DNA from: an uncultured archaeon
Lineage (GTDB): Archaea > Asgardarchaeota > Lokiarchaeia > Sigyniarchaeales > SOKP01
DNA length: 64,000 nucleotides
Direction of reading: 5' to 3'
Assembly (NCBI GenBank): GCA_964525635.1
Contig: CAZGJX010000004.1
Location: 16,144-80,143 of the forward strand
The notes below the pieces were generated by a model that did not search any database, was not told where the DNA came from, and saw nothing but the letters and a program-made list of their open reading frames with translations. Made by a program: the position numbers and the translations under genes. Each line of letters starts with the position of its first letter. The stretch's first letter is position 1. Positions 38,741 through 48,637 of the stretch are shown one piece after another.

Positions 38741-39886
38741 TTAATCATTATCTCCTCTAGCAGAGACTAAGGCTTCTACTAGTATACTGCCTATGCTAAT
38801 GAATATGGGCACTTCAACTCTGACAAGCTCCCCGAGGATCCAGCGGTTGATATCCTTAATGAGAAACCGTATTTGAGAGATTAGATTCTTTCTTACATCA
38901 GAATCAAGGATCTTAGTTAACCATAACCCTCCTCCTAATCGATAAGCGATTATTTTAATTAAAGGATCAAATAAATCATCTAATACTTGTTTCATCATCC
39001 AAGATTTTGGAATCACACTCATGTTATTTTCATTAAATGAAGGATCTCTAAGAAGAGGATTATTTTCGTCTACAGATATTTTGGGCATAAAACTAAGTAG
39101 GAGGATTAAAGCAAATATAGCAGAAATACCGTTTATTGTATATTCTCCTCCAATTTTATCCAAGTTTTCACGATTTATTGCGGTATTCGCTAAAAACATA
39201 CAAATAAAGATATTTCGATCAAAATCCTCAGAAACATAAGCATAGCCTAATTTTTCATCTATAATAAGATATTTCTCTTCCAGAATGTATAAAATTTCAT
39301 CTGGAAATGTATAAAATGTATAAACTTTTTCTTCACTTCTACGTTTATCTTTTTCAACAATTAATTCTTTTGATACTAATCCAAATAGTTCTACAAGATT
39401 ATCTAATTGTTTTTTAATATTTTTTTTTGGTTTATTTGGATCTCCGAACATAGCATAAAATTGATGATCGACAATATGAAAATCATTTCTACTACTAAAT
39501 GCTTCTACCATTCTGTCAATAATTGGTATTTGTGTTCCTGAAGCAATTGCTTTTGCTTTTGATGTAATAAAGCCATTAATTAATTCATTTATAATAAAAT
39601 CTTGTTCATGAGTTCTTGATTTTAAAATATTTTTAAAAGCTTCAGTAAAATCAAGTGTATTGGGAAAAAAAGCGTTCTGAATTTTATCATCAATAGCTTT
39701 TTTAAATATATCTCCTTCATTTTTAGGAAAATGCGTTTTAATATCATTTAACCGCCTTAAAAGTGCTTCTCTAGAACCAGGTATTTTTTCAATATCTCTT
39801 TCTTCTAGTTGTTTGATAGCTTTTTCAATTCCTTTTATAAAATCTTGTATTAGATTTTTCCAAGTTGGATCTTGCTTTTCAGACAT
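38741..39886 (-). CDS. Hypothetical protein, third gene of an orphan operon
   Basis: 381 aa ORF, 16 nt downstream of 39903..40877. It has a hydrophobic segment (ISAIFALILLLSF). I recognised no family. Confidence 0.5.
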   Translation of the reverse strand: MSEKQDPTWKNLIQDFIKGIEKAIKQLEERDIEKIPGSREALLRRLNDIKTHFPKNEGDIFKKAIDDKIQNAFFPNTLDFTEAFKNILKSRTHEQDFIINELINGFITSKAKAIASGTQIPIIDRMVEAFSSRNDFHIVDHQFYAMFGDPNKPKKNIKKQLDNLVELFGLVSKELIVEKDKRRSEEKVYTFYTFPDEILYILEEKYLIIDEKLGYAYVSEDFDRNIFICMFLANTAINRENLDKIGGEYTINGISAIFALILLLSFMPKISVDENNPLLRDPSFNENNMSVIPKSWMMKQVLDDLFDPLIKIIAYRLGGGLWLTKILDSDVRKNLISQIRFLIKDINRWILGELVRVEVPIFISIGSILVEALVSARGDND

Positions 39887-39902
39887 AATATATTATTAAA
39901 TT

Positions 39903-40877
39903 TTAATTATTATCAATATCCCAATTCAATTCTTTAGCTAATTTTCTCAAAGCATCAATTAGGGGTTTAATTAATTCTTTATTATAAAGATTACTATTTC
40001 CTGACCCCTTTTGAGCTTTCCAACCTAATTTTGAACCATTTGCAATTTCATTAATCCCATATTTTAATACACTTTTGAGATCACGAGTCCACCAATAAAA
40101 TCTAAGCCATTTTTTATTTGGATTATCTTTTGAGTAGATAACTACCAGTGCTTTCCATTCTCCCATTAACCATTTTATAGTTATCCCACTTACAGGTAGA
40201 TAAAAGTTTATAGGAAAATTCCCTTGAAAGTTTAATTTTAATTCAGATGTGGGAATATTAAATATTGGCTGATTATAACCTTCTAAAATTACAATTTCTC
40301 CACAATGAGGACATTCATAATGGGATTTTTCTTTTTTCATTTTTTTTTGGCAATTTGGACATGTGCGATTTTCGATTATCCTATATCTAATTAAATCCAG
40401 TTTGTTATCTCTTATTATTTCATCTTCTTTTTTTGATTTATTTTCCTTAAATTTCCCTTTAAAAGTCCAAAAATCATCGAAATCTTTATTTATACGTTCT
40501 AATGATTTAATAAGATTAATTAATACCTCTTCTTCATATATTTTTATCATTCCAGCGTGTTGATAGAAGGATTTTTTCCACCATGATAATCTTATGTATT
40601 TTTCACTTTCTAAATAAGTGCTATGGCAAATCAAAACTGCAAACATCCTCGTTTCTGTTTTATTTATAATTAGACCTTTTTCACATACTTCATAATCAGA
40701 ATTGAGGGAAGCAGTTCGATGAAAATATTCTCCATCTTGAAAATCGCCCTTCTCCAGTTTTTTCGTTTCTATTTCCTTCTTTTCCTTAATATCTCTAGTA
40801 ATTTTTTTACATTGAGAACATTGATATATTCCTTCAACCAATGGGACCATATCAATATTACAAGCGGGACATTTCAT
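39903..40877 (-). CDS. Hypothetical protein with an internally duplicated zinc-ribbon + WW-motif module
   Basis: 324 aa. Module 1 is CPACN...CSQC ... YIRLSWWKKSF. Module 2 is CPNCQ...CPHCG ... WLRFYWWTRDL. Confidence 0.55.
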   Translation of the reverse strand: MKCPACNIDMVPLVEGIYQCSQCKKITRDIKEKKEIETKKLEKGDFQDGEYFHRTASLNSDYEVCEKGLIINKTETRMFAVLICHSTYLESEKYIRLSWWKKSFYQHAGMIKIYEEEVLINLIKSLERINKDFDDFWTFKGKFKENKSKKEDEIIRDNKLDLIRYRIIENRTCPNCQKKMKKEKSHYECPHCGEIVILEGYNQPIFNIPTSELKLNFQGNFPINFYLPVSGITIKWLMGEWKALVVIYSKDNPNKKWLRFYWWTRDLKSVLKYGINEIANGSKLGWKAQKGSGNSNLYNKELIKPLIDALRKLAKELNWDIDNN

Positions 40878-40888
40878 AATTTACATCT

Positions 40889-41983
40889 TTAGCTGTTTGT
40901 TAAGAGAAATCTTTCATAATCTAAATTTAAAAGTTTAACTTGCTTTTTTGTTAATGTTTTTATAATTTTATTGATATCTATTATCTTTTCTCTTAGAGAA
41001 ATTAAATCATTTTTTATTTTATCATGAATATTATCTTCATTGAAGGATATTTTTTCAATAAATTCTAAATAGCTATTTTTTCTATTTTTCCCTGTATAAT
41101 TATTTCTAATTGATTCTAGCTCTTGATCAATATTATCCATTTTGTATCTAAATTTTAATATTTGAATAAGTTTTGAGTGCCATTCTTTAAAGATTTTCTC
41201 ATTTTTATCTATTTTATCAAATTCAAATTTATCTGAGAGAGAGATTTTTTCATCTTTTAGATGTTTTACTATATCTTTATTTTCTTCAATTGATTTATTG
41301 ATTTTTTTTTTGATATTTTTTTTATTTAATGTAGGATCGTAAATATCTATAAATTCTAATATTTTATCAAAAATCTCTTTAAATCTATAATAAAATCCTT
41401 CAATAGTAATCTCTATTTTAATTGCTTGATAAATATTTCCAAATTGGTCTAGGATATTATATAAATCATTGGAAAGGGAGTAATCATTTTCTCCAATTTG
41501 AAAAATAAAAGAATGAATCATACCAGAATGTTCACACCTTACACTTTTTAATCTTGTTAATGCTAGATTAAAATTCCTTCTAGTTAAATGTTTGAATTTC
41601 TTATTTATCATTAAAAAAAGGGTATCATCAGGGATTAAAATCATATCCTCTTCGATTGTAATTGTTTCTTCTCCTAATTTTATTTGGAAATCTCCATCTT
41701 TTTGTTCAAATTCCTTTATATTTCTAATATTTTTCATTAAACCTAAATCTATAGCAATTTCAATGAAATCTTCATTCCAAAATTTTAATATATTATTTTT
41801 ATAAATTTCATCAAGAATTAGCACCCTTTCATAGGATTCTGTGATTTGTTTATCTGTTAAGTCTTTAAAAAGATCATTTCTTACAATATATTGAAAAAGA
41901 ATAATATATCTCATATTAATATCATCAAGAATTCGATTAATCAAATCCTTGTCATATTCTAATGATAATTTATTATGCTCCAT
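40889..41983 (-). CDS. Hypothetical protein, first gene of an orphan operon
   Basis: 364 aa with a helical, Lys/Glu-rich C-terminal half. It is preceded by a ~420-bp AT-rich gap. Confidence 0.5.
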   Translation of the reverse strand: MEHNKLSLEYDKDLINRILDDINMRYIILFQYIVRNDLFKDLTDKQITESYERVLILDEIYKNNILKFWNEDFIEIAIDLGLMKNIRNIKEFEQKDGDFQIKLGEETITIEEDMILIPDDTLFLMINKKFKHLTRRNFNLALTRLKSVRCEHSGMIHSFIFQIGENDYSLSNDLYNILDQFGNIYQAIKIEITIEGFYYRFKEIFDKILEFIDIYDPTLNKKNIKKKINKSIEENKDIVKHLKDEKISLSDKFEFDKIDKNEKIFKEWHSKLIQILKFRYKMDNIDQELESIRNNYTGKNRKNSYLEFIEKISFNEDNIHDKIKNDLISLREKIIDINKIIKTLTKKQVKLLNLDYERFLLTNS

Positions 41984-42401
41984 ACCTATTATCCTCTATT
42001 ATTTGGTAATATCATAAATATTTCAACCAAAAAGAGTATCTAGAGAAATAAATCACTCCTAAAAAATTTTATGATGATTGATAGTAAAATCTTGGATATT
42101 TTAACATTTGTTTTCATGAAATAATATGCCAGTTTCAACATCAATATGCACCACACTACCCAATTAATATTAAAAGTATGGTTATATTTAGAAAATTTCT
42201 ATCTCTTAGAAATTTTTTATCCTCTATCTTATAGGTTTTTTTTAGAGAAGGAATAAGATGTTATATTTAAAAAAAAAGGAAAAATAAAAGAATCAGAGTA
42301 ATAGAATGAACTAGAAAAATATTTAAGATTTAGCTTCTTTTATTTAATTAGCTATTTTTGTGAAATAAAACAATTATTTAATTCAATAAATCAAAAATTA
42401 G

Positions 42402-43025
42402 GTGATAGATATAGGTAGACGAAAGAGAAAACAACAAACTTATAAGAGGATTAAAAAGTTACCTAAGATTTTCACTTGCCCACAATGATATTTGGATTTA
42501 CCAAATATTGAGGAATGTGGTGAGAAATCTGTTAAAGTTGAAAATGTTAAAAAACAAAATGGGTTTGCAAAAGTGAAATGTGGTCATTGTAGTTTGGAAA
42601 AGGAAGTATTAATTAATTCGATTTCAGAACCTGTTGATGCTTTTGGTGATTTTATTGATATTTACTATGCTGATACTGAACTTCAGAGATTGGAAAAGGG
42701 TATTTCTAAATTAAAAGAAAATAATGAATGGGGAGAACTTGGTTTAGCTTATTCTTTATTATCGAATTTATGCAGAATTAAAGCCGCTCAACTTTTAGAA
42801 GAAGAGGAGGATGTTGATATGAATGAAGTTACTGAATGGAAAACTAAGGGGGAAAAATATAAAAGATTAGAAAAGGATGCTTTATTAAAATTAGAAACTG
42901 AAGAATTAGAAGAAGGGATCAAAACTGATGAAGACTCTTTATTTTCAGAACATGATGAAAGTGATATTCGTAAAAAGCGTGATATTGAAGATGTTTTCGA
43001 AGATCCAGGTTTTTTAGAATTTTAA
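42402..43025 (+). CDS. elf1: Transcription elongation factor Elf1 homologue, split by a 30-nt BHB-type mini-intron: exons 42402..42485 and 42516..43025
   Basis: Exon 1 (GTG 42402) encodes MIDIGRRKRKQQTYKRIKKLPKIFTCPQ, followed by UGA. After removal of 42486..42515 the protein reads FTCPQCGEKSVKVENVKKQNGFAKVKCGHCSLEKEVLINSISEPVDAFGDFIDIYY. This matches the Elf1 pattern F.CP.C.hEKSV...C..C...I..LsEPVDvY.DW.D. The track ORF's TTG start (42492) lies inside the intron. Confidence 0.8.
42486..42515 (+). other. Putative bulge-helix-bulge (BHB) mini-intron within elf1 mRNA
   Basis: Central helix CCAC (42480-83) / GAGG (42510-13), 3 bp plus one A.A mismatch. 3-nt bulges AAU (42484-86) and AAU (42514-16). 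9-bp inner stem GAUAUUUGG/CCAAAUAUU with loop AUUUA. An in-frame UGA sits at 42486-88. Cleavage after the 2nd bulge nucleotide gives CAA|UGU = Q-C. Confidence 0.7.
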
Positions 43026-43044
43026 TTATATTACCTTTTATTAA

Positions 43045-44799
43045 TTATTTAGAATTGGTAAAAAGTATTTTCTTTATATCATTAGGAATATGTTTCCATA
43101 TTGACAGATTTAAAATAAAATCAAAGATTTCGTGTTTATTTAATCCTTTATTAATAATATAAAATGCCCAGTTATTAAATGCTAATTTATTAAAATATTT
43201 AATTAAGTTTAAACCAATTAAATTATATTTTGAGGTTAAAAATTTCGCTAAATATGCCCATATTAATCTTTTCGGTGGAATTGCTTCCGGATAAACTGAT
43301 TCTGATAAGGGTCTAGAGAATATTTCATAAATAGCAATAATTGGTATCAGTTGTATTATATATTTTTTTATTATTTCTTTATAATTTTCTTTTTCTGGGG
43401 GAATATCATTAATTTTATTAAGTGTATTGGTAGCATATTTAAAAAAACGTTCTTTAAAGAATAGCCACATTTTAGCCATTTTATTTCTCAATCCTTTAAA
43501 ATCTTTTATTAAATCCTTATCTTTGAATTCAAAATCCTCCTTTTCTTCATATAATTCTATAAAAGTAAGAAAAATAGATTCTGTTGATTTAATTTCATAT
43601 TCAAATTCATCTAAATTTACAAGTTTTTTGGGAAAATCAAGAATTTTCATAATTTTTGAAGGTTCATGTATTGTATGAGAATAAAGAGGTGTATTCCATA
43701 GTAATTCTTTTAATTTTTCGATTAAGTGTTTATTTTTATGACTTTTTTCAATTTTATTGTATTTTATTGGTGTATTTTTTTTTAGAATTGGTAGTTTATT
43801 TGATTGATAAAGACGGAATTTTATTTTTTCAATAAATGATAAAGATCTAATCAGATTCTTACGCTTATTTTTATAAAATAATAATTTTTTATTAAGTAGT
43901 TGATTTAGATCCAATATACTTTTGATATATTTATAGAAATCAATTTCAAATTCTTCTTTTATAAATTCATTATCTATCATTGGTATTTCTAATATGTAAT
44001 CTATATTCTTATTTATAATACTCATAGCATGATCTCCAATACTATAGGAAAATGTTATTTTTTTTAATAGTTCATCCAATGATGAGAATTTACCAAGTAT
44101 TTTTGATTCATTTGTAAAATAACCATGTACCAATGTATCAATTCCTTTATATACATTATTTTTATATTCCGAAATAATAACAGATTCAAATTCCCCTGGA
44201 TGATGTCGTTTCATATTAAACCTACTTTCTAATCGAAAGATTAATATATTAATCCAATGAGATATTTTATAAATCCACTTAAACAATGGATTTAAATATT
44301 TAATGAATTTAGGTCTATAACCATAGAAATATGGATGGAAAAAAATCGGAAATCCAAGACCTCGTGAAGTAGAGAAAATAAATTGAAAAATATGCCTTGT
44401 TTCCTCTCCTTTTTGAAATCCAGGAAATTTAAAATGAAATACAACTTGAGGATATAAAGCATCTATTCCTAAAGTCATCCATGCACTAAAAAGAATAATA
44501 CTATCAGGGAATCTAAAAGATTTCTTTTTACTAATAAAATCTTCATTTATTTTACTCAATAGTGAAGGTATACTAAAAAGCCAATCTTTATCATTTTTTA
44601 TTACTTTTAATTCTTCTCGAAATTTATTTAAAATAGTTGGTTTAATTTGTTCTTGAATTTTTTTTTTTTTATAATAAAAATTATTTATAACTCTAATTAA
44701 TGATAAAATTTCCAAGATTTGCCGATTTAAATCATGTGTTACTTTTATCTTATTTTTCGTTTCGAAGAGATAATGTTTAGATGACAATGGATTCCTCAA
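43045..44799 (-). CDS. Hypothetical protein
   Basis: 584 aa uninterrupted ORF in AT-rich DNA. I recognised no motif. Confidence 0.5.
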   Translation of the reverse strand: MRNPLSSKHYLFETKNKIKVTHDLNRQILEILSLIRVINNFYYKKKKIQEQIKPTILNKFREELKVIKNDKDWLFSIPSLLSKINEDFISKKKSFRFPDSIILFSAWMTLGIDALYPQVVFHFKFPGFQKGEETRHIFQFIFSTSRGLGFPIFFHPYFYGYRPKFIKYLNPLFKWIYKISHWINILIFRLESRFNMKRHHPGEFESVIISEYKNNVYKGIDTLVHGYFTNESKILGKFSSLDELLKKITFSYSIGDHAMSIINKNIDYILEIPMIDNEFIKEEFEIDFYKYIKSILDLNQLLNKKLLFYKNKRKNLIRSLSFIEKIKFRLYQSNKLPILKKNTPIKYNKIEKSHKNKHLIEKLKELLWNTPLYSHTIHEPSKIMKILDFPKKLVNLDEFEYEIKSTESIFLTFIELYEEKEDFEFKDKDLIKDFKGLRNKMAKMWLFFKERFFKYATNTLNKINDIPPEKENYKEIIKKYIIQLIPIIAIYEIFSRPLSESVYPEAIPPKRLIWAYLAKFLTSKYNLIGLNLIKYFNKLAFNNWAFYIINKGLNKHEIFDFILNLSIWKHIPNDIKKILFTNSK

Positions 44800-45025
44800 C
44801 TTAATCCATTTATTAATGATTTCTATTATTAAATGATTTATTAATTGAGGTTAATAATATTATGGTATATATAAGGTTATTCGGAATTTCTGGTTAGAAT
44901 TTAAATATTTTTAATAATATTTATGATATTTTTATTAGTTTAGTTTTAATATTTCGAATTATACCTCTTTTTTCAAAACTATATTATAAATAGAGATGAA
45001 AAAATAAAAAATGAGTGAATAATAT

Positions 45026-45454
45026 CTAACCTTGACGTCTTTTAGAAAAAAGTTCTTTAAGTTCTCCCATAATAGCGCCTCTTAGGGAGACAGGACTTGC
45101 AGGTCGTGCAGGTTGGGGTCTTCCTGGTCCTCCAGGTGGCCCTCCAGGTCCTCCAGGTGGTCCTCCAGGTCCTCCAGGCGGTCTTCCTGGCCCTCCAGGT
45201 GGCCCTCCGGGTGCTGGTTTAATACTTGGCATACCGGCGGAAGGCATTGATGCTCCTGATGCCCTTAGATTATTCAATTGTGATTCTAAATTAGACATCT
45301 TTTGGTTAATTCCTGCTAATGTTTGATCTACTAAGTCGGGAATTCTTAAAACAATACTCATTATTTTTTCTACGATTTCACCAAACGCATTTACTTTCTC
45401 TTCTATTGGTGATTTTCTCGCTTCTGCGAGGAAATTTGAAAATTCTTCTGCCAT
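45026..45454 (-). CDS. Small protein with a helical N-terminus, a PGGP tandem-repeat tract and a short amphipathic C-terminal helix
   Basis: 142 aa. It contains APGGPPGGPGRPPGGPGGPPGGPGGPPGGPGRPQPARP, followed by SLRGAIMGELKELFSKRRQG. Confidence 0.6.
   Translation of the reverse strand: MAEEFSNFLAEARKSPIEEKVNAFGEIVEKIMSIVLRIPDLVDQTLAGINQKMSNLESQLNNLRASGASMPSAGMPSIKPAPGGPPGGPGRPPGGPGGPPGGPGGPPGGPGRPQPARPASPVSLRGAIMGELKELFSKRRQG
45115..45215 (-). repeat. Coding tandem repeat (~15-nt CCTCCAGGTGGNCCT units) encoding the PGGP tract
   Basis: Directly visible repeats cctccaggtggccctccaggtcctccaggtggtcctccaggtcctccaggcgg. This is a local GC-rich island. Confidence 0.8.
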
Positions 45455-45639
45455 ATAAATATAAAGCCTCTTTTATTGATAATAGTTATGAATTTAAAAT
45501 AAAATATTTCTGATTATTATAATAAATATAAAGTTAAATTTATTAAATTTAAGTTAATTGATTTAAATTTCATATCAAGAGTATAAAAAACTTATTATTA
45601 TAATAGAAAAAAAATATATTGTAATTTAAATAAGATTTA

Positions 45640-46263
45640 CTAACCTAAATCAGAGGTAGCATCTTTTAATTTTATCCATAATTTACTAACCCTACTTTTA
45701 ACTTCTAATAAATGCTCGTTTTTTTTTAAGAGAATATCTCTTGCTCTATCGAATTCTCTTTGTAAATCATTTTGTTCTTGATCAAGTTCATCTACTTTCT
45801 CAGGTTCAATCATCTTGTTTTTTACTTTATCTATATCAATAGCTTTTTTAATAACAGCTTTCCTCTTTCCGGCAACATCATTAAGAGCATCAGCAAATTC
45901 TCTCCTTATATTAATTAAATACTCCTTTTCTATTGTTAGATCTTTTAAAGCTTCTAAATATTTTTTATTAGTTTCCATGTGTGTGTTATTAAATTGAATT
46001 AAACTTTCTAACAGTTTTACATCTTCATCTTTGACATTAGATTTATGTTCCCTTGCAAGCATTTTAATTTGTTTATAAACATCTCTCATTGTTCTATTCA
46101 TAGAATCTCGAGTAATATTCATATCTAAAATATTTTCTGCAAATTTTTGCTGTGTTTTAACTATTTTACCTTGTTGTTTGGAAAGATCATTGAGTGTTTT
46201 TACAAACTCTTTTTCAAGGCGACTTAAATCAAGTTCATCCTCTGTTGTTATAATAGGACACAT
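45640..46263 (-). CDS. Coiled-coil protein of unknown function
   Basis: 207 aa, heptad-rich and charged throughout. Confidence 0.5.
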   Translation of the reverse strand: MCPIITTEDELDLSRLEKEFVKTLNDLSKQQGKIVKTQQKFAENILDMNITRDSMNRTMRDVYKQIKMLAREHKSNVKDEDVKLLESLIQFNNTHMETNKKYLEALKDLTIEKEYLINIRREFADALNDVAGKRKAVIKKAIDIDKVKNKMIEPEKVDELDQEQNDLQREFDRARDILLKKNEHLLEVKSRVSKLWIKLKDATSDLG

Positions 46264-46372
46264 AATTGATCACAATTATTTATTATACAATATTTAATTT
46301 GAATGAATACAATAACGTATTATAAAAAACATAGCCTATTATATTTTATTCTTAATTTCAAGATTTATAAGA

Positions 46373-47404
46373 TTAAAAAGGAAAGTATGTAGTAATGATA
46401 CTATCTCTAAAACTTGAGTTTAAGACTTTTACTTTGAGGTCTTTACCAATTAATTTTTCAGAGAATTCTATAGGAATATTAAATAAAACTTTTGCAGAGA
46501 AATTATCATCTATTTTTCCAATAAACTCATTTTTCCATCGTCCTTTTGAAACTATTTTAATTGGGATTATTTCTCCTTCTTGAATATTAATATTTGATAT
46601 TGGTCTTTCATGTATACCAAAATCATGTGGTCCAAGCTTTAATTTGATATTATATTTTTTTTCTAATTGATTGAGTTGTTGATAAAAATAACCCCAGCTT
46701 TTAGGTCGTATTTTTTTTAGTTTTCTTCCCGTTTTATATACTAAGTATTTTTGGATTCCAATTTGAATTTTCTTATAAGAATACTCTTTTTCTCTAAGAT
46801 TTATAACAAATTTGATAATATTTTCAATATCCTCATCATTTTTTCCAGGAAACCAAACTGGTGCTATTAATATATCTATATTAGATTGTAATAAAAGGTT
46901 TATATTATTTTTTAAAGAATCTATATCATAATTATTACAAGCTGTTAAATATTCTGCGAGTTTCTTATCAAATGTGTTTAAACTGATATTAATTCTAGTT
47001 AGATTCGAATTTTCAAGATTTTTGATAATTTTTTGACTAAGTAATAATCCATTTGTCTGCATAGATATAGTTTTAATCCCATCAATACTCCACAATAATT
47101 CCAATAAATGAAATAAATCTTTATATAGAAAGATTTCTCCATATGGTGCTATATGAACTTCAATATCGTGGTGCCCCTTATATTTTATGAGATTTTGAAC
47201 TTTTTCTGCTAAAAAATAAGGATCAACAATAAAATTAGTAGCATAATCTCCTGATTTTACAAAACAATATTTACATTTTAAATTACAAAGAGTCAATGGT
47301 TTGATTTCAACAATATTTGTCCCCCTATCAATAATACCTATAAAATCCAATCCAAAAATAGGAATTTTTGAATCTTTATTTAAATAAACTATTTCACTAC
47401 TCAT
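46373..47404 (-). CDS. Radical SAM protein of uncharacterised archaeal family
   Basis: 343 aa with CNLKCKYCF (CxxxCxxC) near the N-terminus and a TIM-barrel-like length. Confidence 0.7.
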   Translation of the reverse strand: MSSEIVYLNKDSKIPIFGLDFIGIIDRGTNIVEIKPLTLCNLKCKYCFVKSGDYATNFIVDPYFLAEKVQNLIKYKGHHDIEVHIAPYGEIFLYKDLFHLLELLWSIDGIKTISMQTNGLLLSQKIIKNLENSNLTRINISLNTFDKKLAEYLTACNNYDIDSLKNNINLLLQSNIDILIAPVWFPGKNDEDIENIIKFVINLREKEYSYKKIQIGIQKYLVYKTGRKLKKIRPKSWGYFYQQLNQLEKKYNIKLKLGPHDFGIHERPISNINIQEGEIIPIKIVSKGRWKNEFIGKIDDNFSAKVLFNIPIEFSEKLIGKDLKVKVLNSSFRDSIITTYFPF

Positions 47405-47422
47405 AATTCAATTTAATTCTAT

Positions 47423-48496
47423 TCATATTTTATATCTTAAAACAGCTACTATTGATCCTAAATTATCTAGCTGTTCACCAGCAGGATGATTAGTATTTAA
47501 AATATTTATTTTACCACCGATTTTTTCTACATCATTAATTATACCTTCAATATGTAGTTTTTTTGATTTATCAGATCCACGAATAAGCGTATCGGTTATA
47601 AATAATTGTTCAGTCGCACCCATTTGTGTAGCATTTTCAATTTCTTCGAATCCTATTGCAATTAGGTCAGGATTTTTTCCAAGTAAAGTTATAATTTTTT
47701 CAACTTTCTCAGTATCTTCTAAAGCAATTACTTTATTTTTCAATTTAACCAATTCTTTAGATTTTAATGTCTCATATATCGCACTTTCAGTTCCTGAACT
47801 AGCAAAAATGCTCCTTATTTTATTGAGATAATTATCATTAGTTTTTTCTTTTAAATAAGCAATAAAATGATCTTTAATATTACCTGGTCCACACATAATA
47901 ATAAGATTCACTTTATTATCAGTGATATTAGTATCGATTATTGATTTAATATCTTCATAAAATTCATGAAGATATTTATTACGCATAGATTGCTCATAGC
48001 GTTTTCCCGGAATATTTTTACTAACTGTCGCTATTTTATTATTACTATAATTTGTAATTATAAAAACATTAGCCAAACCGGTCTCAATAGCAATAATAAG
48101 CATGATAAAATTAGATGATAATTTTGAAGTCTTTTTTATTCTTTTAAGGTCATGTTTCATCCAAATATCTTTAATAATTGTGAGTGTCTGGTTTAGTTCT
48201 ATGTTAAATGTATGGTATGACCCAAAACTTACAAAATCATCAGGACCTTCCATTATCTTTCCTTTTACACGTAAACGGTTTGTAAATTCATGAAATGATA
48301 CATCTTCAACGTCCAGTGTTAGTTTCATAACTTTTCTTTCACCAGCAGCACCCTCATGTAATACCACTCTTCTCTGAGTAAGAGCAATAACCGTATCTCC
48401 TTTTGAAATTATATTGTATAATGTCCATAAATCATTCAGATCTTCGACCTTAAGTGTAAATTCTCCTTTTTTTTTATTCTGTTCAAGAATTTTCAA
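47423..48496 (-). CDS. pelA: Pelota/Dom34 mRNA surveillance protein
   Basis: 357 aa. N-terminal GEFTLKVEDLNDLWTLYNII, typical of Pelota, and a C-terminal eRF1-like domain. Confidence 0.85.
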   Translation of the reverse strand: MKILEQNKKKGEFTLKVEDLNDLWTLYNIISKGDTVIALTQRRVVLHEGAAGERKVMKLTLDVEDVSFHEFTNRLRVKGKIMEGPDDFVSFGSYHTFNIELNQTLTIIKDIWMKHDLKRIKKTSKLSSNFIMLIIAIETGLANVFIITNYSNNKIATVSKNIPGKRYEQSMRNKYLHEFYEDIKSIIDTNITDNKVNLIIMCGPGNIKDHFIAYLKEKTNDNYLNKIRSIFASSGTESAIYETLKSKELVKLKNKVIALEDTEKVEKIITLLGKNPDLIAIGFEEIENATQMGATEQLFITDTLIRGSDKSKKLHIEGIINDVEKIGGKINILNTNHPAGEQLDNLGSIVAVLRYKI

Positions 48497-48637
48497 GATT
48501 TTTTGGTTTTATGAAATTATTTATAGTAAAATAATATAAAATACCAGATAAGATTAATTCTAATTTAAGATAATTAGATAAATTAAAAAACATTAAAAAA
48601 AAAAGAAAATATAAACAATAAAATAATTATTTTAACT

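Noticed and set aside
42492-42515. The TTG at 42492 as the true start of the 177-aa ORF given in the track.
   Set aside because: It lies inside the predicted intron and would remove the N-terminal basic region and the first CxxC of the Elf1 zinc ribbon. An upstream exon in the same frame supplies both.
45115-45215. The GC-rich tandem repeat as a possible CRISPR-like array or non-coding minisatellite.
   Set aside because: The units are ~15 nt, contiguous without spacers, and in frame within a 142-aa ORF, where they encode PGGP repeats.
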